Positions 37,548 to 45,842 of a stretch of 64,000 bases of DNA are shown here, piece after piece. The stretch's first letter is position 1. The number at the start of each line of letters is the position of its first letter. Source of the DNA: a bacterium (lineage in GTDB: Bacteria; UBA8248); contig OY843592.1 in assembly GCA_963692865.2 (NCBI GenBank), forward strand, positions 2,112,001 through 2,176,000. Reading direction: 5' to 3'. A program made the translations under genes and the position numbers. Below the pieces are notes generated by a model. That model saw only the letters and a list, made by a program, of their open reading frames with translations, was not told where the DNA came from and made no database searches.

Positions 37548-38869
37548 GCAAATCGCAATGAACCCGCAGGGGCCGTTCGCGAACGGCCCTCCCCGGTGGA
37601 GAAACGGGCGCTTCACGAAGCGCCCCTACGGTCGTCTTTCAAGAGGATACTGTAGGGGTCGCATATCATGCGACCCGGCTTTTTCGTCCCTCCGGCGATG
37701 GGCCGCATGATATGTCAGACATATATGTCTGACCTACGGCGGGATCCCGACCGGCCTGCGAGGGTTTTTTCAACAACCCCGTATGCGGCCCCTGCACACC
37801 CCCTCGCCTGCCTACCGTAGGGGCGGACCCGTGTGTCCGCCCGTCGGTCCGATACAGGACAGGCGCGGAGGCCTCGGACAGGCGCAGGAGCGCCTGTCTC
37901 TACAAAACCTCGCAAATCGCAATGAACCCGCAGGGGCCGTTCGCGAACGGCCCTCCCCGGTGGAGAAACGGGCGCTTCACGAAGCGCCCCTACGGTCGTC
38001 TTTCAAGGGGATACTGTAGGGGTCGCATATCATGCGGCCCTCATATCGAACGGCGATGGGCCGCATATTATGTCAGACATATATGTCTGACATACGGCGG
38101 GATCCCGACCGGGCCTGCGAGGGTTTTTTCAACAACCCCGTATGCGGCCCCTGCACACCCCCTCGCCTGCCTACCGTAGGGGCGGACCCGTGTGTCCGCC
38201 CGTCGGTCCGATACAGGACAGGCGCGGAGATCTCGGACAGGCGCAGGAGCGCCTGTCTCTACAAAGCCTCGCAAATCGCAATGAACCCGCAGGGGCCGTT
38301 CGCGAACGGTCCTCCCCGGTGGAGAAACGGGCGCTTCACGAAGCGCCCCTACGGTCGTCTTTCAAGAGGATACTGTAGGGGTCGCATATCATGCGACCCG
38401 GCTTTTTCGTCCCTCCGGCGATGGGCCGCATGGTATGTCAGACATATATGTCTGACATACGGCGGGATCCCGACCGGGCCTGCGAGGGTTTTTTCAACAA
38501 CCCCGTATGCGGCCCCTGCACACCCCTCGCCTGCCTACTGTAGGGGCGGACCCGTGTGTCCGCCCGTCGGTCCGATACAGGGCAGGCGCGGAGGCCTCGG
38601 ACAGGCGCAGGAGCGCCTGTCTCTACAAAGCCTCGCAAATCGTAATGAAACCGCAGGGGCCGTTCGCGAACGGCCCTCCCCGGTGGAGAAACGGGCGCTT
38701 CACGAAGCGCCCCTACAGTCGTCTTTCAAGAGGATACTGTAGGGGTCGCATATCATGCGGCCCTCATATCGAACGGCGATGGGCCGCATGATATGTCAGA
38801 CATATATGTCTGACCTACGGCGGGATCCCGACCGGGCCTGCGAGGGTTTTTTCAACAACCCCGTATGCG
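37548..38869. repeat. Tandem array of ~360-bp REP-rich units (A-B-A-B, 723-bp higher-order period)
   Basis: Units start at 37548, 37912, 38271 and 38635 (GCAAATCGCAATGAACCCGCAGGGG...); near-identical; each carries several GTAG-type palindromes. Confidence 0.95.
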
Positions 38870-38967
38870 CCCCTTCCAACTCGCTCTTGCTTGACCGGCC
38901 CGCTTAGAGCCGCGCCGGAAAATGTGCGATATTCTCATCCTTCATTCCATTGCCGGGGAGAGACGAC

Positions 38968-39516
38968 ATGACCGAAACCGGAAAAACGCCGGGGCCTGAG
39001 TCGCTGGAGGCGCGGCTGCGCGACGTCGAGGACAGGCTCGAAATCTACAACCTCATCGCCTCGCACCCGCCGAGCGCGGACACCGGCGCGGACGATTACA
39101 CCCGCGCCGTCTTCACCGAAGACGGCGTCTTCGACCGGGGCGAGAGCCTCGACTTCACCGTCGGCAATGAGGCCATCGCCGCCATCGCCTTGAGATCCGA
39201 GCATCAGGAGGCGATCCGCGGCGGCCTCGCCCACTTCGCCGGGCTGCCGCACGTCGAGATCGACGGCGATTCGGCCTGGGTCACCTCCTACCTGCAGCTC
39301 GTCCACCCCGACGCCGAGGGCGCCGAGCGGGAACTGCCGAACCACGGCGTCTCGACCGGCTACCGCATCCACCGCGTCCTCGCCAACCGCTGGGAGCTTG
39401 TGCGCGCGCCGGAGGGCTGGAAGATCAGGAGCCGCAAGCTGCGCCCGCTCGACGGCTCTGCGCCCGCGCGCGACATCCTCTCCCGCGCCCTGGCGCGCCG
39501 CCGCTCCGCCGGGTGA
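38968..39516 (+). CDS. SnoaL-like/NTF2 family protein
   Basis: ARLRDVEDRLEIYNLIASHPPSAD, FTEDG, GWKIRSR. Confidence 0.85.
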   Translation: MTETGKTPGPESLEARLRDVEDRLEIYNLIASHPPSADTGADDYTRAVFTEDGVFDRGESLDFTVGNEAIAAIALRSEHQEAIRGGLAHFAGLPHVEIDGDSAWVTSYLQLVHPDAEGAERELPNHGVSTGYRIHRVLANRWELVRAPEGWKIRSRKLRPLDGSAPARDILSRALARRRSAG

Positions 39517-39587
39517 CGCGCAAAGCTCGCAGCCGCGCTTGCTGATGTGAGGGTGAGTGGGATGGAAGCGGATAAAGCCCCGCTCGC

Positions 39588-39953
39588 TCAACCGTTGCGC
39601 GAGTCGGGCGGAGCGGAGGTTCGGCGGATGAGTTCCCGGAGCGCCTCCATGTTTTCCCGATGCAGTTCGCTTTGCGCCTCGCGTTGGGCGTTCAGCGCCG
39701 CCATGGTTTCCTGGTGCCGGCTGTCCAGCGCCTTCATGGTTTCCCGGTGCTGGGCGTCACGGTGTTTCGCGGCCTGGCGCATGATGTAGAGGCCGCACGC
39801 GATCAAGGCGCATTGCGCGGCCCCGACGAGGGCGGCGACCCATACGGCGGCTCGCTGGACTGCAAGCGAGGCTTGTTGAAGGGCGAGGGTGGATTGCTGC
39901 AGCGTGAGCATGTCTTGCTGCACGGCGAGGCTTGCGGCTTCGTATTCCGTCAT
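39588..39953 (-). CDS. Hypothetical single-TM coiled-coil protein (MTEYE...ALRELIRRTS)
   Basis: GGAG RBS; one hydrophobic helix, 11-aa HxETMxAL repeats; similar to 42825-43286. Confidence 0.7.
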   Translation of the reverse strand: MTEYEAASLAVQQDMLTLQQSTLALQQASLAVQRAAVWVAALVGAAQCALIACGLYIMRQAAKHRDAQHRETMKALDSRHQETMAALNAQREAQSELHRENMEALRELIRRTSAPPDSRNG

Positions 39954-40045
39954 TCGCTTTTCTCCAGTCTGCCTCGTGGGGAAGCCAGTTCGGTCAGTTT
40001 CGCCCGCGGCGGAGGATAAGTCAAAAGGTCGAACCCGACCGGGGA

Positions 40046-40242
40046 GGGGGTGTTGAAAAAGCCGGAGAGAGACAATTTGTTTGTAGGTGACAACCTCTCC
40101 CTGGGGTTGTCCCACACATACCATGCGACCCTGATTTTCGTCCCTCCACAACGGGCCGCATGATATGCGGCCCCTACATACAAAAACCGTTCCTCCCCGG
40201 TCGCGTAAAACACTCGTTCATCAGGACTTTTTCAACAGCCCC
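40046..40242. mobile_element. MITE-like element with 16-bp TIRs and GGGGA target duplication, carrying REP hairpins
   Basis: GGGGGTGTTGAAAAAG ... CTTTTTCAACAGCCCC (15/16 inverted match); GGGGA on both sides (40041-40045, 40243-40247). Confidence 0.7.
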
Positions 40243-40269
40243 GGGGAATGAGGGTTCGACGCGAGCGGG

Positions 40270-40680
40270 GGTGGTTGTTGAAAAACCCTGATTTCGCGAT
40301 TCGGCGAATGCAACCGACCGGGGAAGGGGGGTTCGACGGTTTTGATCGTCATTCCGGTGTCGGAGCCGACCGCGGAGGGAGGGTTCGACGGAATCCAGAG
40401 CCGATGTGAATTTCGAGCCGCAGGACGACCATAAAAAACAAGAATGCGAAAAGCCAAATTCAAAAGCAAAGTCCCTGGATTCCGGCTTTCGCCGGAATGA
40501 CGGCGTGCAATCTCGATTGCAGGGGCCGTTCGAGAACGGCCCTTGTCCGGAGAAGAAACGGGCGCTTCCCGAAGCGCCCCTACATTTCGTTTTTGTATGT
40601 CAGACATATATGTCCGACATACCATGCGACCCTGATTTTCGTCCCTCCACAACGGGCCGCATGATATGCGGCCCCTACGG
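40270..40680. repeat. Cluster of CGTC-type and GTAG-type REP hairpins with one MITE-like end
   Basis: CGTCATTCCG...CGGAATCCAG / CTGGATTCCGGCTTTCGCCGGAATGACG pair; GGGGCCGTTCGAGAACGGCCC; a ~62-bp stretch at 40617-40678 identical to 40116-40177. Confidence 0.85.
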
Positions 40681-40869
40681 ATCCCCCTGTTCCCGGCCCG
40701 AAACCAACCCCCCCCCCCCCGCGTGGGGAACGATCAGAACCAACCGGGCGCGCCGCTTTTCCTTTTTTCACCGCGAAACCCGGCTCCCTCAAACTTTCCG
40801 CGCCCTCGGTTTTTGGTGTATACAAGAGCTTTGCGTTCCCTGTATGAAAGATTCGCCAAGGAGAACACC

Positions 40870-42126
40870 GTGGGCCGGACGATGGCGGAGAAAATCCTCT
40901 CCGCGCATTCAGGATGCGAGGCGCGGGCGGGCGACCTGGTAATCGCGGAGCTCGACTACGTCATGGCGGGCGACGCCAAGGGGCCGAAGGCGGTCGACAT
41001 CTTCCGCGAGGCGGGCTTCGCGTTCCGGCTGGACCCTGAGAAGACCGATTTCGTCATCGACCATTTCGTGCCCGCCCAGGACGTTCTCTGGGCGAACCAC
41101 CACAGGAAGCTGCGAATCTTCGGCGCCGAATACGGCGTGAAGGTCTTCGAGCCGGGCGCGGGCGTGTGCCACACCGTGGTGACGGAAGAAGGCCGCGTGG
41201 GGCCGGGCGCGCTCGCCGTCGGCGGCGACAGCCACGTCTGCACCTACGGGGCGCTGGGCGCGATGGGCGTGGCCGTCGAGAGCGTGGAGATTGCCTCGGC
41301 CTACGCCACCGGGAAGCTGTGGTTCAAGACGCCCGAGAGCGTCCGCGTGGAGTTCACCGGCGCGCTCGCGCGCGGGGTGTTCTCGAAGGACATGGAGCTC
41401 GTCCTCGCGCGCGAGATGGGCGAAAACGGCGCGAACTACATGGCGGTGGAATACGGCGGAGAGGCGCTTGCCGATCTCTCGATGGACGCGCGCTTCACGG
41501 TCGCGAACATGTCGGTCGACATGGGGGCGAAGACGGGAATCATGGAGGTGGACGATAAGGCGCTTGAATGGGCGCGGGCGCGCGGCGCGCCGGTCGAGGG
41601 GGCGGTGGCGCCGGACCCCGACGCCGTCTACGCGCGGAGAATCCATCTCGACGTCTCCTCGCTCACGCCCGTCGTGGCCGCTCCGCCCGCCACGGGGAAC
41701 GCGCACCCGGTCGAGGACTACGCGGGCCTGCCCGTCCAGCAGGCGTTCGTGGGCACGTGCACGAACGGGCGGCTGGAAGACCTCGAGATTGCGGCGAAGG
41801 TCGTGCGCGGGAAGAAGACAGCGCCCGGCGTGCGCTTCTACGTCGCGCCCACGAGCAAGCGGATCTACGAGGCCGCCTTGGCGAGCGGGGCCATCGGCGC
41901 CCTGGCCGAAGCGGGGGCCGCCGTGCTCACCGCCGCGTGCGGGCCGTGCGCCTCGATGACGGGGAACGGCTGCCTCGCCGACGGGGAGCGCGCCATATCC
42001 TCCGCCAACCGGAATTTTCCGGGCAGGCTCGGGAGCAAGGAGGCCGAGATATTCCTGGGCTCCCCCGCCACGGTGGCGGCGAGCGCGCTGACGGGCCGCA
42101 TCACCGACCCCAGGGAATTTCTGTAG
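40870..42126 (+). CDS. leuC: 3-isopropylmalate dehydratase/homoaconitase large subunit (LeuC/HacA type)
   Basis: TMAEKIL, IDH, GVCH, DSH.CTYGA, GTCTNGR, CGPC, NRNFPGR, SPAT.AASA. Confidence 0.85.
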   Translation: MGRTMAEKILSAHSGCEARAGDLVIAELDYVMAGDAKGPKAVDIFREAGFAFRLDPEKTDFVIDHFVPAQDVLWANHHRKLRIFGAEYGVKVFEPGAGVCHTVVTEEGRVGPGALAVGGDSHVCTYGALGAMGVAVESVEIASAYATGKLWFKTPESVRVEFTGALARGVFSKDMELVLAREMGENGANYMAVEYGGEALADLSMDARFTVANMSVDMGAKTGIMEVDDKALEWARARGAPVEGAVAPDPDAVYARRIHLDVSSLTPVVAAPPATGNAHPVEDYAGLPVQQAFVGTCTNGRLEDLEIAAKVVRGKKTAPGVRFYVAPTSKRIYEAALASGAIGALAEAGAAVLTAACGPCASMTGNGCLADGERAISSANRNFPGRLGSKEAEIFLGSPATVAASALTGRITDPREFL

Positions 42127-42166
42127 GCGTGGCGGGTGCGGCGAATACGGGAAGGAGGATGACGTT

Positions 42167-42652
42167 TTGGCGATGAGGGGACGCGTCCACCGCTTCGGGG
42201 ACGACATCAGCACCGACGTGCATCTGTCGGTCAAATACCGCCCGCCGGGCACGACGCTGGAGGAACTCAAGCGCGACGCCTTCAAGGAGATCGATCCCGA
42301 TTTCTCCACCAACGTGCGGCCCGGCGACGTGGTGGCGGCCGGGGAGAACTTCGGCCTCGTCAGCAGCCGGCAGGACGCCGCCGTCGTGCTCCGGGAGCTC
42401 GGCGTGAGTTGCGTGCTCGCCAGGAGTTTCGGGCACATGTTCTACCGAAACGCCATCAACTCAGGGCTGCCCGTCATCGCCTGCGACACCGGCGCCGTCC
42501 GGGCGGGCGACGAGATAGAGGTCGACCCGGTGGCCGGCGAAGCCCGCGTCGGCGATGAGACGATCACCTTCGCGCCTTTTCCCGACGGCCTGTGGGCGAT
42601 GATCGAGGCGGGCGGCCTCGTGCCCTACCTCCAGGAGAAAGGCGACTTCTAG
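42167..42652 (+). CDS. leuD: 3-isopropylmalate dehydratase small subunit (LeuD/HacB type)
   Basis: FGDDISTD, AGENFG..SSR, SF..MFYRNAIN.GLP, AGGL. Confidence 0.85.
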   Translation: MAMRGRVHRFGDDISTDVHLSVKYRPPGTTLEELKRDAFKEIDPDFSTNVRPGDVVAAGENFGLVSSRQDAAVVLRELGVSCVLARSFGHMFYRNAINSGLPVIACDTGAVRAGDEIEVDPVAGEARVGDETITFAPFPDGLWAMIEAGGLVPYLQEKGDF

Positions 42653-42824
42653 GGCGCGCTGATTGCCCTCGGCTTCAGGCATTTTTTGAGCTTAAGTTTC
42701 GTATTGTATTCGTTTCATGTTGTATTTCTTGGCGACCCACCTGAAAAAATGAGGACCCATCCGAGACGAGACGCGTTGCCGGCGTCTCTCATATAGTTTT
42801 GTTGCTTGGGGCGGGAGAAAGGAA

Positions 42825-43286
42825 TTGACGGAATTCCAGCAGGCGACATTGCTCGTGGGATGGGTTCAGGCCGGCGTGGCCCTGTTCGTGGGCATGGTGA
42901 AATCCTCCCTGATTATTTACGGCATCGAGCGGATGAGCGACGCCTCCGAGAGGCGCGCCCTCCAGACGGACAGGCAGATCGACGCCATGGTGAGGCAGGT
43001 CGACCTCATGGCCGACGCTTTCGCCAGGCAGCACGAAGAATCCATGAAGCGGACCGACGCGCTGGTAAGGCTGCAGGAAGAGTCCATGAAACGGACGGAG
43101 ATCATGGCGGATAGCATGGCCAGGCAGCACGAGGAATCCATGAAGCGGACGGATGCGCTGATCCAGTTGCAGGAAGATTCCACGAGGCGGACGGACGCGC
43201 TGCTCAAGCAAAGCGAAATGACGATGAAGCAGAGCGAGACGGCGATGCTGGCCTTGCGCCGGCTGCTCGATAGGACCGCCGACTGA
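42825..43286 (+). CDS. Hypothetical single-TM coiled-coil protein with an internal 32-aa duplication
   Basis: GGGAG RBS; TM helix, then MADxxARQHEESMKRTDAL repeated at 43008 and 43104 (96-nt period); ends ALRRLLDRTAD. Confidence 0.72.
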   Translation: MTEFQQATLLVGWVQAGVALFVGMVKSSLIIYGIERMSDASERRALQTDRQIDAMVRQVDLMADAFARQHEESMKRTDALVRLQEESMKRTEIMADSMARQHEESMKRTDALIQLQEDSTRRTDALLKQSEMTMKQSETAMLALRRLLDRTAD

Positions 43287-43315
43287 CGGCAGGTAAACAG
43301 GCGGCATTTCAAGTA

Positions 43316-43689
43316 GCTGCTGAATAAGTCCCCCAAAGGGGTTGTGACCCCCACCAATCGAGAATGTTCACCGTCATTCCGGCGTCATTGCTGTTTCCGT
43401 TGTAGGGGTCGCATATCATGCGACCCTGCCTTTCGCTCATGCCGGTTACGGGCCGCATGATATGCGGCCCCTACACCTCGAATACGGAATGAAGAAACAC
43501 GGCAATCGCCCGGAGCGGTACCGCGCGTCTGTTTCATATGATACGAGCACCTTTGTAGAGCGACTGTCGGGGCCGTTCGCGAACGGCCCCGACAAACGGA
43601 ATTCCGACCGAGGGCGATTTTTTCAACAGGCCCCTCAAGGGGGGAGTGAAATTCGGTGCGCTCCTTCTGTGGACTTTTCCAACAGCCCC
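43316..43689. mobile_element. Degenerate MITE-like element filled with REP hairpins
   Basis: GCTGCTGAATAAGTCC ... GGACTTTTCCAACAGC ends; internal GTAGGGGTCGCATATCATGCGACCC / GGGCCGCATGATATGCGGCCCCTAC pair; extra end motif at ~43618-43633. Confidence 0.6.
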
Positions 43690-43690
43690 A

Positions 43691-44158
43691 TTAGGAAAAG
43701 CCTTCCCCCAGAACGCCCTCCAGAACCTCCATCGGCAGGCCGAAATCCCGGTATCCCCGCCTGAGCGTCTCGACGTAGTGCGCCGCCGGGCGCGCAGGCT
43801 TCAAGGGATGCCGCATGACGTAGAGCATGGCTTGGAGCGGGCCGTCCGCCGTGATGATCTCCACCTCTTGCCGGTCGTAGAGCGACGGGTAGTCCTCGAA
43901 GTGATCGAGCGCGGGCAGGTCGTCGGCGTGGAGGCGGAACAGCGCGCCGGGCGTCTCGGCGCCCTTCTCGGGCGTCACGGTGGCCCAGCCGGGCCGGTTC
44001 CCGGGCGACGCTGCGGGCAGGGCGATGGCGAGGCGGTAGTCCTTGAGGCGCGCCGGACATGCGGGCGCGCTCTTCGGACACAGGGATTTCATTTGCGCGA
44101 CGTGCAGGTTCGCGCCGTAGGCGAAGTAGTTGGACTCAGGCGTAGCCGAGGTTGTCGT
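43691..44158 (-). CDS. Gamma-glutamylcyclotransferase (AIG2-like); start codon unclear
   Basis: YFAYGANL, LDHFE.YP..Y, Y motif; no canonical start near the domain boundary. Confidence 0.8.
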   Translation of the reverse strand, partial: TTTSATPESNYFAYGANLHVAQMKSLCPKSAPACPARLKDYRLAIALPAASPGNRPGWATVTPEKGAETPGALFRLHADDLPALDHFEDYPSLYDRQEVEIITADGPLQAMLYVMRHPLKPARPAAHYVETLRRGYRDFGLPMEVLEGVLGEGFS

Positions 44159-44531
44159 CCTCCTCGTCGCCCTCCCAGTCGAGGTCGATGACCGGCGGAT
44201 CGCTCCCGTCGTTCGGGAAGGCGAGCAGGAGCTTCGCCTTCTCCTCTCCAATCTGGGCGGCGCTGTGGATCGCCTCCTCGCGGATGGTGATCACCTCGCC
44301 CTGCCGGACGAGGACGAGTTCTTCCTCGACGTTGAACTGCATCTGGCCCTCGATGACGATGACGGCTTCTTCTTCATCGTGCGTGTGGTAGGGCACGAAG
44401 GCTCCGGCGGGCTGCTCGACTTCGAAAATGCGGTAGTCGCGCTCGGCCAGAGCGGAGATGATTTCCTCCTGCTCGGGTTCGCACTGGTACGCCGTGGCGA
44501 CGTCTTCTAGGCGATAGGCCGGCTTTTTCAT
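44136..44531 (-). CDS. Cupin domain protein with acidic tail
   Basis: HTH.EEE and HSA cupin motifs; AGGAGG RBS. Confidence 0.8.
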   Translation of the reverse strand: MKKPAYRLEDVATAYQCEPEQEEIISALAERDYRIFEVEQPAGAFVPYHTHDEEEAVIVIEGQMQFNVEEELVLVRQGEVITIREEAIHSAAQIGEEKAKLLLAFPNDGSDPPVIDLDWEGDEEDDNLGYA

Positions 44532-44550
44532 TTGGAGACCTCCTTCTTCC

Positions 44551-45000
44551 CTATGTGCCCAGGAGTTTCCGGACCGCCTGGGAAATCCGGGCGCCCGCGG
44601 CGCGCCCGGCCAGTTGACTCGTCAAGATTCCCATTACCCTGCCCATGTCCTTCATCGTGGAGGCTCCGGTTTCCTCGATGACCGCCCGGGCGGCGGCTTC
44701 GATTTCCGCGTCCTCCATCTGCGCGGGGAGATAGCCCCGGATGATCCGTATCTCATCACGTTCCTGCAGGGCCATGTCCTCGCGGCCGGCGGCCGCGTAC
44801 TGCTCGGCGGCTTCCTCCCGTTTCTTTACCATACTTTGGAGCAGTTTGAGAATATCTTCTTCCGATGTTTCTTCACCGCTCTCCTTGTCCTTGTTCAATA
44901 TCTCGGCGCGCGCCATCCGGATGGTGGAGAGCCTGAGCGTCTCCTTGGCGCGCATGGCGGTCTTCATGTCTTCCGAGAGCGCTTCCCGTATGCCGGACAC
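44551..45000 (-). CDS. GatB/YqeY domain protein
   Basis: DMKTAMRAK, VKKREE, YLPAQ, MKDMGRVMG. Confidence 0.93.
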   Translation of the reverse strand: MSGIREALSEDMKTAMRAKETLRLSTIRMARAEILNKDKESGEETSEEDILKLLQSMVKKREEAAEQYAAAGREDMALQERDEIRIIRGYLPAQMEDAEIEAAARAVIEETGASTMKDMGRVMGILTSQLAGRAAGARISQAVRKLLGT

Positions 45001-45018
45001 GTTTGTTTCCTCCTGGGC

Positions 45019-45405
45019 CTAAGCCGCTGCGCGGGGTCTCGCCTTCTCGCGGTGGAGGCGCCACAAGACGGCGGCCCCGCCGCCCGCGGCGTCCGCCGCC
45101 AGGTCTCCCCACGCCGCCGCCCTGTGGGGGAGAAAAAGCTGGTGCAACTCGTCGCCCAAGCCGTTCAGGGCGGTGAGCGCAAAGACGAACAGGGCGGTCC
45201 TCCCCTCGGGCCAGCGGGGACAAGTTTCCCGCCAGGGCCGCCAGAGCAGCCCGGCGAGAAGCCCAAACTCGCAGAGGTGTATGATTTTGTCCACCCCGAC
45301 AGGCAGGGGGGACGCGGGATTGCGTCCGCCCGCCGCCGTCAGGAGGTGAATCCCCGCCATGTAGGCGAGCGCGAGCGCCCAGCGCAGGGTGGTTTTTCCG
45401 CTCAC
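45019..45405 (-). CDS. VanZ family protein
   Basis: DKIIH..EF, DELHQLFLPHR, DLAAD. Confidence 0.85.
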   Translation of the reverse strand: MSGKTTLRWALALAYMAGIHLLTAAGGRNPASPLPVGVDKIIHLCEFGLLAGLLWRPWRETCPRWPEGRTALFVFALTALNGLGDELHQLFLPHRAAAWGDLAADAAGGGAAVLWRLHREKARPRAAA

Positions 45406-45417
45406 CGCCTCGTTCCC

Positions 45418-45819
45418 TTATCCGGGCAGGGGGACGACCGCCTCGACCTCGACCAGAAAGCCCGGGTCGGCCAGGCTCGAAATCACCAGGAACGTGCTCA
45501 CCGGCGGGTCGTCGGGAAAGAACTCGGCCCGCACCCTGCCGACGGCGGCCCTGTAGTCGAGGCTCGTCACGAAGACCTGAATCTTGGCCGTATCCGCCAT
45601 GCGCCCGCCCGCCGCCTCCACCACCTTCTGGATGTTCCGGTAGCACTGGCGCGCCTGTCCCTCCGGGTCGCCCGGGCAGACGAGGTTGCCCTGCTCATCG
45701 AGCGGCGTCTGGCCCGCCACGTAGAGCGTGCGTCCGCCCTCGGTGATGACCCCGTGCGAGAAATGCCCGGCGGGCGCGGCCAGCGCCTCTGGAGTAACAG
45801 TTTCGCGCTTCATCTTCAT
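45418..45819 (-). CDS. RidA/YjgF family protein
   Basis: FSHG, LYVAGQ, PPVST, LVEVEAV. Confidence 0.9.
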   Translation of the reverse strand: MKMKRETVTPEALAAPAGHFSHGVITEGGRTLYVAGQTPLDEQGNLVCPGDPEGQARQCYRNIQKVVEAAGGRMADTAKIQVFVTSLDYRAAVGRVRAEFFPDDPPVSTFLVISSLADPGFLVEVEAVVPLPG

Positions 45820-45842
45820 TTCTCCTCATCCGCCCGCGTGGT

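Noticed and set aside
37548-38869. CRISPR array or coding repeat
   Set aside because: Units are ~360 bp and near-identical with no unique spacers, and no cas genes are present. The repeated ORFs on both strands are by-products of palindromic DNA.
40909-42438. Long antisense and alternate-frame ORFs (this one, also 2766-4145, 32372-33607, 44614-45849, 57009-58214, 60981-62504)
   Set aside because: Shadow frames of well-supported genes in GC-rich DNA, with no recognisable motifs.
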